A DNA stretch of 64,000 nucleotides from assembly GCA_012295275.1 (NCBI GenBank), contig CM022677.1, forward strand, positions 10,850,001-10,914,000, written 5' to 3'. The notes beneath the pieces were generated by a model. The model worked only from the letters and a program-made list of their open reading frames with translations, did no database searches and was not told where the DNA came from. The position numbers and the translations under genes are program-made. Positions 14,273 to 27,398 of the stretch are shown piece after piece (positions within the stretch are counted from its first letter, which is position 1; each line of letters begins with the position of its first letter). The stretch is from Chrysomallon squamiferum (lineage: Eukaryota > Animalia > Mollusca).

Positions 14273-15093
14273 GACAGTCACTGAATGATTCATTTTATTT
14301 TAATCTTTATTTAAAATGTTCTTAATGTAAAATGACTTTTATATTCAAGTCTACAGTCAACACTAAATAATTTCTTCTTATTATTTAAGGTAAAAAGCTA
14401 TATAACTGTAACATGTGTAGAACTGAATAAAATAATATTATAAAATGTATTATTAACTTTTATCTAGATAACAAAAAAAAAAAAAAAAATAATAATAATA
14501 ATAAAAAATAATAAAAAACCCACCCAAAGTAAACATGCTTTACTGTATTAACTGTACAAGTTTAATTTCTTTTAAACACAGATATTTTCTTCTCATTTTT
14601 CTTTTTTCATTAATTATTTTTAATTTAGATTTTATTTTACTTATTTATAATATTATTATTATTATTATTTTATTACTTTTTACTTTATTTATTTATTTTA
14701 ATCTTTTAAATTATTTTTCATTTTCTTATTATTTTTTCATTAATATTGAATTTTATATATACATATACAATAATACACATATATTTTTTAAAATTTTCGA
14801 GGCCAGATTAAAATCATCATTTTCTTTTTTCTTTTACAGTACAGTTCAGTTCAGTTATTATTGGAATCAGATTTAAAATATTTTATCACATGTCTCTTTA
14901 AAAACACATTTCCTCCTTCCATCATAATATGAGTTTAATGCAAGAGCAAAAACATGATACCATATATGTGTTGTTAAATACAAAATTAATTCCTTCTTTT
15001 TCTTGTTAACATATTACATATTTTATAATCAATAATAGATGAAAATGTGTATGGTAAAGTACTATTATAATGTTGTTTTGTTATCGTTGCTAT

Positions 15094-15132
<39 letters not shown>

Positions 15133-15718
15133 TACTATATTATTATTGTTATTATTCTTGTTGGTAATTATTATTATTTAATTTATTATACTCATAATTA
15201 TCATTATTATACACATTAATTGTATTATACAGACAGACAGAAACAATATAAAATAGTTTTGTTTGATTACAATGGACTACATACAAGTTTATTTTAAATA
15301 TCACAACATTCTTTGAAATAAACTACAAAATAACAGAATAGTTTAGATGCATGTGCATGTATTTGTGTATGAGAGAGCAAGAGAGAGAGAGCGAGAGAGA
15401 GGTAAATGACAAAAATGGGTGAACATTTCAAAACTAAATCAGATTTTGTTTTAAAGTAAAATCTATTTTGTAATTTAGCAAGTTTAAATGATAAAATAAT
15501 TCATAATAAAAAACTGACATTTTCCTTTCTTTTGTTTTAAGAGAAAAATAAAGTAAACGAACTAATTATCTTATAATAAACAAATATTTAAAAAAAAAAA
15601 GTAAACAAATTAACTTGATTTTATGTTTATTTATCAATTCATTTAAAGAAAGAAATGTCTGTTGACTTTCTACTTCAAAACCGTTAATGTGAAACTAACT
15701 TGGCAGACAGTTTGAAGT

Positions 15719-15808
15719 TTACTTTTTACAACAAGTAAATATTTTAATTTTTCTGGTGTAGCGCTCTGCCACGAAGAATTTGTTGTCATCACAGCAGACA
15801 GACATATC
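15719..15808 (-). pseudogene. 3'-terminal remnant of an NHL beta-propeller gene (paralog of 58529-59125)
   Basis: SVCCDDNKFFVAERYTRKIKIFTCCKK* aligns with SVCCVDNKLYVETNNKIKIFTWCKK*. The 3' flank 15400-15720 matches 58262-58530. Upstream sequence is replaced by CAA/CAG repeats. Confidence 0.8.
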
Positions 15809-15971
15809 TGTTAATAATAAAAATAAAAATAACAACAACAACAACAACAACAGCAGCAGCAGCAGCAGCAGCAGCAGTAGCAAGGACATGGAAGAATCAG
15901 AGAAGATAAAAAAGATAAAAAAAGAAAATACAGAGAAAGGAAAATGTAAGAAAGTAAAAAAAAAAAGAAAC

Positions 15972-16006
<35 letters not shown>

Positions 16007-16800
16007 CAAAAAAAAAGCCAACACAATGCCATCCTTAATTAAGTACATCAGTGACAACAAAGATGTGAATAAATTCTTAAGAGCTCTGAATTCAGCAACA
16101 AATAATTTACATTATTTTTTTCTTACAAAAATCTGAATTAACTGTCTTTTTCATCAGTGTATATCTGATGAGGGCTAATAAAAAAAAAAAAAAAAAAAAT
16201 GTAAGTAATGAGATAACAGTTAACATTAGCTTCTGACAAAAATATTACATTCTGATTATTATTTTCCTTTAATTTTTATACAAATATCATTATCATCTTT
16301 GTCAGTTAAAGAGTGACACATGTGAAAGGAAAAAAAAAAGTCTCTTCAAGTTCTGTCTAATATTTTTTGTGCGATCGTTTAAGGTTCCCAACATGAGTAA
16401 CCATTACCTCCATTGTACAATTATCTGGTTATTAATTTTATAAATAAATAAATAAACAAAAGTAAAAAAATCTTAAAATCAGACTATGATCTGATATTAT
16501 TTTTATAATTGCTGTGTCATTTCATGGCAGGTGTCGTTATAACTGAACAAATATTTATTCCTTTGTCATTCTACGGATTCTTTCAATAAATGATTTTTTA
16601 CATGCAGACAAAGCATCATTGTACAATAATTGCTATTCATTTTCACTGATTTTACCAAAACAAATATATTATATTTTTCTATATCTTGCTTAATTCAGTA
16701 TAAGAAAAACTATTTTGCATAGAATTTTGTGAAAGACTGAAGAAATATTTAAAACTGAAATAAAATGCAAAGGTTAACAATGAATATTGTATTTAAATAC

Positions 16801-18102
16801 CTGCTGGACAGCACCAAATACTTCAGCTCTACTGGAGCTTGGGCTGCAGGTTGTTCCACAATGTCAATTCAAATTTGTATTTACCAACAATTTCTTGAAT
16901 ATTTCTATCCTTAACAAGCTGATTTAACTCAAGAAAATAAACAGTTTAAATCCACAATTTAGTATATTGGTTTCTTCAGTTCCTATAAATACATGATGAA
17001 AGATCTGATTGTCATTCAGTAAATACTGACATTTCCTTGTTATAAAACAATTTAATAAAGTAAGTCAGCACGAATCAATATAACTGTATTAAACTAAAAA
17101 TTGAAATATAACCTTTTTTAAATCTTTTGTTTTGCATTCTAATGTAGTTCTTTTTGTGAGTTAGAAATGAAACTGTTTTGATTACTGTTTATAGTACAAA
17201 TATAAGCTAAAAAGAAATAAAACAATGCTAATGGAAGTACACTAAGTCACCTGCTGCTCAACTTCCAGGATTTTGACTTTGCCACTGTCACACATAGCAA
17301 TCACAGTTGTCTGCCAAGTGTTTCATTTTAATTATTTTCTTTGCCTGGTTTTAGCATGTTCAAGTTTTTTTCTCCTGATATTTGACTGTTGAGATTGGTG
17401 ACTTGGTGTAAGACTCTCCAACTGTACTACTGCTACTACTACTACACAGGCCTGACTCATCACTTGACACCAGACTTGATTCACATTATCAATAGGCTCT
17501 TGTATCCCTTCTCTGGAAAATGGCCTGGAATTTTGTGATGATGAAGTAGGGGACAGGGACCTCAGTGCACTGGTACCAATCTAAATCAGGTACAGGACTA
17601 GCCCGGTTATTTGAATTGTCAAAATGGTGTGACATCACTCTCATGAATGTTGCCTTCCAGAGAATCATCTTGTTCTGCTGAAACTACAGCCTCTGTTTTC
17701 TTCTCTCTGTTTTCTTTATCTTCACATCCAGCTTCATTCTCAGAGCAGTAAGCTCAGACGTCACCTGCTGCTCAACTTCCTGGCTGTTATCTTTGCCACC
17801 ATCATGCACAGCCATCACAGTCATCTGCCAAGTTGTTTCATTTGGCAGCGTAGTAGATGAAGTCTTTTTACCAGCATCAGCTTGTTTTCACAAAACTGCA
17901 GACATCAGTGGTGCTCTGTCTATGCTGAATGTAAACCATTGATATATATCTATATTATAGATATTCCAGCAGCACTTGCACTCTACAGTGTGGTTCTGGT
18001 CAATGATTGTTTTGCTGGATGAGAAATTTATAAAAATTTCACTCAGATCTGATTTTTCATAGAAGCATCTTTAAATAAATTTGGAATTTTTCTCCATATT
18101 AC
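16801..18102 (-). pseudogene. Large degenerate exon-like segment, product unidentified, with an internal ~85-bp duplication
   Basis: Bounded by polypyrimidine-TAG at 18103-18104 and CAG|GTATTT at 16800. GC content is higher than the flanks. Broken frames include KQADAGKKTSSTTLPNETTWQMTVMAVHDGGKDNSQEVEQQVTS and SENEAGCEDKENREKKTEAVVSAEQDDSLEGN. 17246-17328 is repeated at 17760-17843. Confidence 0.35.
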
Positions 18103-18379
18103 CTAGAAAACATAAAAAATAAACAAATATTAATAATGAAAAATAAAATGAATAATAATAATAAAGATTAAAAAAATAATAATAATAAAAAATAAAACAT
18201 AAAATAATAAAAATTAGTAATAATAATATGAAGAAGAAGATAAAACAGAAGGAAGTACAACAAAACAAAACAAAATGTAAATTAATAAATTAAAATTTAC
18301 ATTAAGAAAAGACTAGGGAAACAAAGAACAGTTATCACTGAGGATAACAAATTATTTGTGTCTGTGTGTGTGTGTGTGT

Positions 18380-19250
18380 GAATCATAAATAAACTGACAG
18401 AAAACAACCTGTCAAACAAAATTAGCATATTTTCTTTGAATAGTTTATTAGTTTATTTCAACAACAACAACAACAACAACAAATTAATAATAATAATAAT
18501 AATAAATTTAAAATTCTCTGTAAGTTGTTGTGTGGTGTTTCCTTTGGTGTGTGCTAAACAAGTCAATTTATTTTAAAACAAATTTAATTACTGACACTCA
18601 AAATTTGCCCCTGATAGGCTGATACATCATGATTGGTAAAACAAAATTAATGACGTTGTTTATGCTGTTCACATTGGTGAATGTTATTATTAATCGAGTG
18701 TCGTTTTTTGAACAAATATAAATAAATAAATAAATAAATAATTATTGTTCCCAAATAATATGGCTGCCATCATGTGTCTATGACTTTTAAATTATAATTA
18801 AATAAAACGAAAAAAATCCAGACGCATTATCAATTATAATAATAAATAGCAATACCTGTCTCCTTCATAAAATGCAATACTTTAAGCAACTTTTTTGTTG
18901 CATGATAATGCGATTACCCCATTTCTGTAGAAGATTCTTCGAACATAAAATAAAACAGTAAATCCGTAAAGACCGACAATCATCCCGCATTTTTCCGCAA
19001 CTACTACACTAAAAAAAAAAAAAAAAAAAATTAATTAATGTTCAAAATAAATAAAATAAAATAAAATAAAGGAGCATAACAACCTTTATTAAAATACTAA
19101 TTATAAATCGATGTGGTTCTTCTTTTATTTATTTATTTATTTTACTTTTATATTTTTTTATATATTAACCAATCGTTGACCGTGATCTTTAAATACACGG
19201 TGTTGTTATCCCCCCCCCCCACTTTTTCTTTCTTCTCATTATTTATTTTA
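18380..19250 (+). repeat. Diverged direct paralog of ~45118-45730
   Basis: Shared blocks in the same order: CATAAATAAACTGACAGAAAAC, AGTAAATCCGTAAAGACC, ACTAATT(A/G)TAAATCGAT and CCAATC(G/A)TTGAC. Confidence 0.8.
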
Positions 19251-19892
19251 AAGCACCAAATAAAATCACAAAGCTTACAATTCACACTATAATTTGCTTA
19301 TTACTGTCCAGGAATTTACCCATCTTTGATATACGTCTGAAAACATGGTCTGAAAAAAAATTAAAAAAATTGTTTTGCATTTTATTAACTATTGCAATCA
19401 GTGTTCTCCTGTATTAAAATATACTGTTAATATTTCTATTAATGTCGCCGTCGCTAAGGCGTTGTTCTCAGCAACATTAACGTTAGTTTTTTTTTTTTTT
19501 TTTTGCTGTTTAAATCCTACGTTAAAAAAATATCATTACTAATTCTATTACTGATGCCGTCATTGGCGTCGTTTCTTAATGTCTTTGTGTAGATGGGGAA
19601 ATGGATCATTGAAAAGAAGGTGAAAGTTAATTTGATGTTCATCAAAAACACAGAGACATAAGAACGGATCGATTACATTTAGCTGTAAACTGACGGACAT
19701 GTTGGATGCAGGGAAAGGAATCAGAGATGATTTGATGCATTTTTTTTTTCGACGGATAGAACTTTTCTCTATATCCTCACCATTTGCCAAAATCAGAATA
19801 CGTTTAACGTCATAAATTATATTATTTTAAAATTTTTCAAGTAATTATTGTATTAATTTGATTAGAGCGTATTTCAGTTCATTTTATTTTTA

Positions 19893-19941
<49 letters not shown>

Positions 19942-22900
19942 TATGAAAAATAGAAGAAAACTTAAATGATATTCCATTATGTATACAGTTATCACATTTA
20001 TTTTGTAAAACGAGCGCAATTTACACTATGAATCATATAACGTCACATAATTATAAAATAAGGTGATTTTTTAATTAAGGATACCGCTATTTTCACGAAC
20101 AAATTATATAAACATTACATAATTATAAACAAGAAAAAATAAATCTTTTATTAGACAGACTTCAACTGAGAGAGTTTTTTAGATTTTACATATGTTTTTA
20201 AAAATATAATAATAATAAAAACTATTGCCATTTTTGGTGGATCACATGATGTACCACAAGCAGAATGACAAGACTGTTAAATATTCCACTGTTATCTTTC
20301 AGGATGCCACACAATATATTCTGTAGATCAAGCTAATAACATGTAAAACTATTTAAAGTGTTGAGGTGGAAAAAATAAGCAGCGTCAAATTATAAGTGTA
20401 AATAGTGTATTTTCTTAACAAAAGTACTACGTTATTTTTGCTCAGTAACAAATTATTCTGACCTGATATAGTAAACACAACATAAATTACGTTGAGAAAT
20501 ATCACATTAATATCACAGTTGCTAATAAAATAACATTTTTATCTGGTTGCGATATTTTATTCCTGAATATTCATTGTACTTCTCAACTAGAAATATTAAA
20601 ATGAATATCACTTCATATATAATTAATTATTTGCTAATATTTCAAGTGTAACCTCAGCTTTTCAATACACACCTGTCTAGAAAAAGAAAATCAATATTTA
20701 ATTATCAATACTATTTGAGGTACAGCTAAAAATTAATCCTGATTTTGTTAGTAACAGAGAATTGAAATCTGGAAGGCCCCTTTATTTCTAAATTTCTCAT
20801 CTATCTTTCTTGAATGAGATGATATTCAGTTACTTATGCGACAAAATACTGAAAATTACAGTTATGATTTCATTGTGAACATTCAGAAATATAGATGGAG
20901 CTTCCATGTTGTAATTTTTTTAAATAACAGTAGCTTTGTATATATCGAGAAATAAAGAGGGCGCGTCTAGTGTGACATTTTATAAACAACAGAAGATGTT
21001 TCACTGAAAAACACACAGCAGAACATTGTGCAACTAACTTCAGATACCGCTACTAAGTGTCTGTTTTATTAAAAGTAACGTGCTATTTTACTTTGCTAAT
21101 TCTAAATCGTATAATAGAAACGTGTAATTTTACTGTACGTGGAACTTAAATATTATATATAATACAGAAAATATTGATAACCACATTTAATCTATTAGAC
21201 ATTACTGAAAGTTACAAATGATAATTCTACATGGCGTTATGAAAATAAGTGGTTTAATTACTTGTAAAAAGAAAAAGATAAGAATTAATTATGAGCAGTG
21301 ATATTTTCGGTTTGTAGTTAAGTATGTTGAGAAATGTTAATCTCATATTTTATTAATTATCGTATTTTATATCAGGTTATATTGAAAAATATCAGAGTTA
21401 ATTCCCTTGAATCATGATAGTTTGTAACTTATTTTAGTATGCTTTAGAAAAAACAAGGTTAACTTGTTATTTTATTTTTATTTTTGTTTTGTTTTTTTCA
21501 AAAAACCACAACAATAATAATATTTTTGTTTTTATTTTGTTTTTATTTTTCTGTGTAAAACAGATTTATTCTTATATTATTGTTTGACGAGATAAAATAT
21601 TCTTTTAAAAAAAAAGTATATATAATTTCATTAAATTGAACTTATTTTTATAATACATGAGGATTTTATAAAAAATTAAATAAAGAATATTGTTTAAATT
21701 GTTACCCTCGATAACTAAATAAACACAAGTTTTAAAACGTCTGTATTAGTTGTAGAAAATTAAAATTACATTAATTAGAGATTATCAGATTTTTCATTCT
21801 AAGTTTATTGTTTTCTCAGTGTTTACAATAAGATAAAATATTCTAAATTAATTTGATAAATTTGAATTTTAGATTAATCATGTAATTTCATGTAGGGAGA
21901 GATGTAAATTGTGTCGCGGAATGTCAGGTAACTGCGTCATAAAACAAAGTATCACATTGTGACACTGAAAGGTGCACATTTAATTTTCAATAATATCAAT
22001 ACAATAATAAATACAATATTCATCTAGCACTTCACGCGTTTCTGTACAGTCTTATTATTGTTAATAATAAAACAACTGATTATTAAAGACCATAATTTTT
22101 TAGTACATTTATTTGGTAAAAATATTAGTATTAATATTAATGTTGAAAGAAGATATTCATATTTAGATGTGAAGAGGAGATATTAAGCTTCTATCTTACT
22201 TTACAAAATTATTCAAAATATAAAATTATCAAAATATTACTTTAATGTCGTTTATAATAAAATATTTCTTTTTTCTGAGACCTAGAATTGTTTTTGATCA
22301 GAGGACTGGTAAATTCATAACAAACGTTAAACAATTTCGCTTGAAATTTGTCGTAAAAACAGCCGTAATGTTAGCTGAAGGCGTTTTTCAGGTTTCTGAA
22401 TAAAGACCAAACTTTAATTCTAAAAGCAAGGGTTCTTTTTAATATTATCACCGAAAAATATAGGAGGAAAATGTATATATGCAGTGTGTGTGTGTCCAAA
22501 AATGTAAACTTATCCTGTTTAAATTTATTTTGTGAATAAAATGTAAAAGTGCCTTTCCTATTTAAATGTGGAAAAAAGGACTCAATATTTTTATTTTGTA
22601 CGAAACTAATAAAAAATTTTTAATATCAATTCAGGTGTTTTTTTTATGATTTACAGTCAGAATGTGGGTTAAAATTATCCTCACTTGAAGAAATCAATAG
22701 TTGTTTTCACACGAGTGTTTACAATAATCATGTTCTGTGAAAAACGATACATTTTCAGAGATAGGTTTGATTCTGAAGTGTGCACTTGTTTAACTAACAC
22801 AGGACTGATTTTCTGAGACTACCGAGTTCAAGATTAATAAAGTGTTATGAAAATTATAAACAACATTCACAAATTTCTTCACTGGAATATTTACATTACT

Positions 22901-23413
22901 GTTTCAGAAATATGTCCAAATTTTTGGTAGAAATGTTTACTGCATTCGTAACAGTTCAATCACATTTATCTTAAAAATGCATTAATAATTAAAAACAAGG
23001 CAACACAAGAAAATGAACAAAATTATATTTATTTTAATAAATATCAACGTTATTAATTGTAACATCTAAACAACAAGTGTAAGTTAAATAGATATTTCTC
23101 TGTACAGAAGACAGCAGGTACAGATCTAGGGTGTGGTGTGTTAACATATTTGTGTGATGAGAAAATACCCCAAACGTTCTTTACTCCTCTACTATATAAC
23201 ACTTTCCTTTTATTTTAGTCTCTCACACACTGCCTGAAATAGAAAATAAACAGTTACCTAGTAAAATTTCTCAAACAGATTGTCAAAGAATTTTATGGTA
23301 TTTTAAAATAATGCGAAACAGAGACAAAGCGAGAAAGATATAAAAAAACAAGTGAAACAGTAAAAGAACAAAAAACCCAACAACATTCAACAAAATAAAA
23401 TATGAGTGAAATA

Positions 23414-23451
<38 letters not shown>

Positions 23452-25506
23452 CTTTAACAGTGCTTTTATGGTTAATCTTTAAACTAACAGGCTCAGAAAT
23501 CACATCCTGGCCTTAAATAAATAATAACTGAGATTACCAAAAACAATTCTTATTAAAACACTTCAATGAAAACAACAAAGATAAAGATCACACTCTGAAA
23601 TCAAAATCTAATAAAAATATGATTTCCTTTATAAACTTTGGTCCTGTGTATTTTATCAGCACATAAATATCAGTATCAGTGTGTGTGAATTAACAGAATA
23701 TTTTATCATGTTATCCTGTGTATCAGAAAATGTTGAATAGTGTATATCAAAAAAATCATACAAACAGGATGGTAGAAAGTATTATTTTCTATATCAGAAC
23801 ACTGCAAAGAGACAACAATCATCAGTTAAGTTGTATGGCTGAAATTATCATTCTTTGAATCAGTAAATTTCTATAGAGCATTTTTCTATGAAGTAGAATT
23901 GACATTCATTCATTCATTTTAAACATTCATTCATTCATTCATTCATTCATTTGTATAGTTTGTAAAAACAATGGCTATCAAAAATTTCACAGTTATTTAT
24001 GATAAGCTTTCATTCCTCCCATTTCACAAAAAAAGAACTGACATAATTTTAAAGCTAGTTATATAATTACAAATGAAAAAATATTTATAAGTTTTAATTC
24101 TTTTAAAACTGTTAAAATAATTATTCATTATTATTTTTTTTATTATTAACAATTTTTTAAAAATAAGATTACTAGTGAGCCTTTTCATGAGCATCAAAAG
24201 AAAACCAGCTACTTTGTTTAAACCTAGTTATCATAATTATGCAAATACATACATATAAATAATAATCAAGATAATAATAAAAATAATAAAAAAAATAACA
24301 ACAACCATAATAACAAACTGTTAAAATAATAATCATAATAAGATAGACATTTAATTAAAAATTAAAAAGTACAGTATCATAATAATACAAAATAAGATTA
24401 CCTCCAATGTCAAATTCAACGAATCTCAAAATGAATAGGAGAGAAGAATATATAACAATAATGAATGCATACACACTTTTAATTTATTAACAATCAAGAA
24501 TTATTAAAAAAAAAAAAAAAAAAAACAACAACCAAGAACAAACGATGGAATTAATCTCATCAAGACAGACATTTAATTAAAAAAATTAAAAATTAAAAAT
24601 TAAGAACTACTTCCTCACTACAGTGCAGTCTGCCTCCATGTCAAAGAGAGGTTGTGGTTTCTGAATATTTGCATTGCTAGACAGGCTGAATGTATACACA
24701 GCCCTTGCATTGCCAGACAGGTTGAATGCACACACAGCCCTTGCACGATGATCAGCTAGCTGGAGTGAAAGTGTGATTTTAACAACTGTTTATATGTGAG
24801 AAGAAATATATTGTTCTTTACATTAAAAAGAAAGGAATGTTTTAGAAATTAATGTAAAAGTTGAAATTAAAACTGGATGCAAAAGTTGAGATATATATGT
24901 TAAGTATTGTAATGAGAAATGCTATTTCATATTAATCATTTCTTATTTATTAATCTCCCTCTCGCTCTCTTTCTGTGTATGTATAACACCCCCCATACAC
25001 ACACACACCAATGACTACATTTTTTTGTTAATTTATTTTCTTGTTCTTTTAATTATAAATACATGCGGGGATTTTATTCAAACAAAGATACATATGTATG
25101 TGTGTTTGTATGTGTGTATGTATAAATATCGCTGTATTATTTACTTTTATATTTGTCTATCTTTCTAGGTTTCTGTCTGCTGTAAGTGTGAAAATGTTAA
25201 AATAATAATCATAAGAAGATATTACATATATTAACAAAATCTATATATCTATATGTCTATCTACATATCTGCCTAGAAATCTCTCTCTGTATATGTATGT
25301 CTAATATAAAATTGAAAATAAAACACACAAAAATGTACACACAAACAGAATACAGCACATACATATACTTTGTTTATTACCTGAAGCCAGGTAGGTACTT
25401 CTCCATCTTTCTTGGCTGCAGAAATAATGTTCCATTTATCAACAGACATACACTCCTTAGCGTCTAGAAATCTGATATCACTTTCTGTTCTCTTCTATAT
25501 TATTAT

Positions 25507-25509
<3 letters not shown>

Positions 25510-25585
<76 letters not shown>
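25510..25585 (+). repeat. (GA)n microsatellite
   Basis: Perfect dinucleotide run. Similar long (GA/TC)n runs occur at ~26895-26954, 38720-38805, 51160-51232, 51609-51695, 52745-52829, 56526-56622 and 58200-58265. Confidence 0.97.
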
Positions 25586-25587
<2 letters not shown>

Positions 25588-26169
25588 AAGATGAACATAG
25601 AGAAACTTCTAGTGAGAGACACAACCAGATATACATATTCATAAATAAGAAGAATGTGATGTTTATTATTACAACAGATATATAGCTGTGAACTGTTATT
25701 TCAACATACTATATAATCACTCACCAAGACCTTTCAACATGGCTGCAGTGTCAAGGACATCATCTAGTGACAGTGTCAGAAGTTGACTGTTTCCTTTATC
25801 TGTGAGAATGGCTGGACAATGCATCATATTACCCAGCATTCCTAGAGGAAGATAAATAAATAAATAAATGAGATGACAAATTTCAATAAATATGAACCAT
25901 ATAAACATTAAAAATAGAAAATAACTATAACTGTTTACCAGGATATCCTCCAAGTGCTGTCAGTTTAATCAGGAAGCTGTCTGCAACTGAAGGGAGACAA
26001 CTACAAGATGATTCAATTTTCTCCCCTGACTTCTTGACAGTGAGACCCTAAAATTAATACATTTATATAAATAGTTTTAAACGAAAACAACAAAACAACA
26101 GCATTAACAATAATCAATCCTTTTATTTAGTATTCCTTTCTCTTTCTTATTTTTAACCATTGGATTAAC

Positions 26170-26250
26170 TTAGGTTAGAGTTAGAGTTAGGATTAGGGTT
26201 AGGACTAGTGTTATGGTTACAATGAGGGTAGGGGTTAGGTTTAGGCTAGT
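26170..26250 (+). repeat. Degenerate TTAGGG-like interstitial repeat in an intron
   Basis: TAGGTTAGAGTTAGAGTTAGGATTAGGGTTAGGACTAGTGTTATGGTTAC...GGGGTTAGGTTTAGG, with 6-bp periodicity. Confidence 0.7.
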
Positions 26251-26892
26251 TATTTATTTATTTACATACTTATTTGTTATTGTTTCTTTTTTATTATTTT
26301 TCTTGTTATTGTTCTTTTTTAAAATAAATTTATTTATTACCAATTGCAGCATCCAACTTTGTGGAAAGTTCTTCCATTTCATTTTCTTATAAGTTTTTCT
26401 TCTTCTGAGTTATTAACACATCTGTAATTCAATTAATTGGCTGAAAGCTTCTGCTTCTGCACAGGACTTCTTGTAAATTTCCCTGATGCCAGTTTACTTT
26501 GGAGTCCATCAGCTTCCTTCATGCCATATGCCAGACTTGCAACAGAACTTTGGTTTGATTCATCTTGATAAAATAGAAAAAAAACCAAACAAAAAAAACA
26601 TTCATCTTTCATATACATACTACAATGAATACTGAAACACACATAGCAAAAGCTAGCAAGTACATTTACAGAGACACGCATACACAGACAGACAGAAACT
26701 CAGAAACAAAAACACCAACTAACCCTAAATACCAACAACAGATGACAAATACACTGAGATGCCAGACACAGACACAAATAGAATGACAAAGAATGAATGA
26801 GAAAGAAAGAGTAGAATGAGGTTGATAGTTATGGATAAAGAAACAAATAGAAAAGAAAAATATACAGAGAGAAAGTATGTGTAGGAGTAAAA

Positions 26893-26959
<67 letters not shown>

Positions 26960-27367
26960 AAAGACAAAAAGGAAACATACCTAATACACAATTGGAGTTC
27001 AGACTTAATTCCTGCAGAGAACTTGTGTCTGGTTTGGATACTGGAATATCTGAAGTAAATGAAAAATAATATCAAGAAACTTGGCAACTGTATTTTAACT
27101 ATTAGCAGAAAAAGAAAAAACAAAAAGAAGAAAAAATATAATAATGAGAAATTTGTCAAATCTAAATAGTTAGAAAATGAAATACACATGTATAAATAAT
27201 ATATAAATCTAAATTAACCATCAACAGTAAGTGTTTGGTTGTTAACTTTTGCATCATTCAGATGAAAAGCAGTCATCTTTGGATGATTGAAAACAGCAGA
27301 CAAAACCTGAGTACACAATTTAGTGACCCCAGCTGGTAAAAAAAACAAAAAAAAAAAATAATAATAA

Positions 27368-27398
<31 letters not shown>

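Noticed and set aside
15780-16136. Poly-N/poly-S/K-rich 118-aa ORF on the plus strand
   Set aside because: Built from CAA, CAG and AAT repeats and A-runs. It overlaps the antisense of the NHL remnant and shows no splice or domain support.
19560-19790. Relatively GC-rich stretch with a 76-aa ORF
   Set aside because: No recognisable motif in any frame and no convincing splice-site pair.
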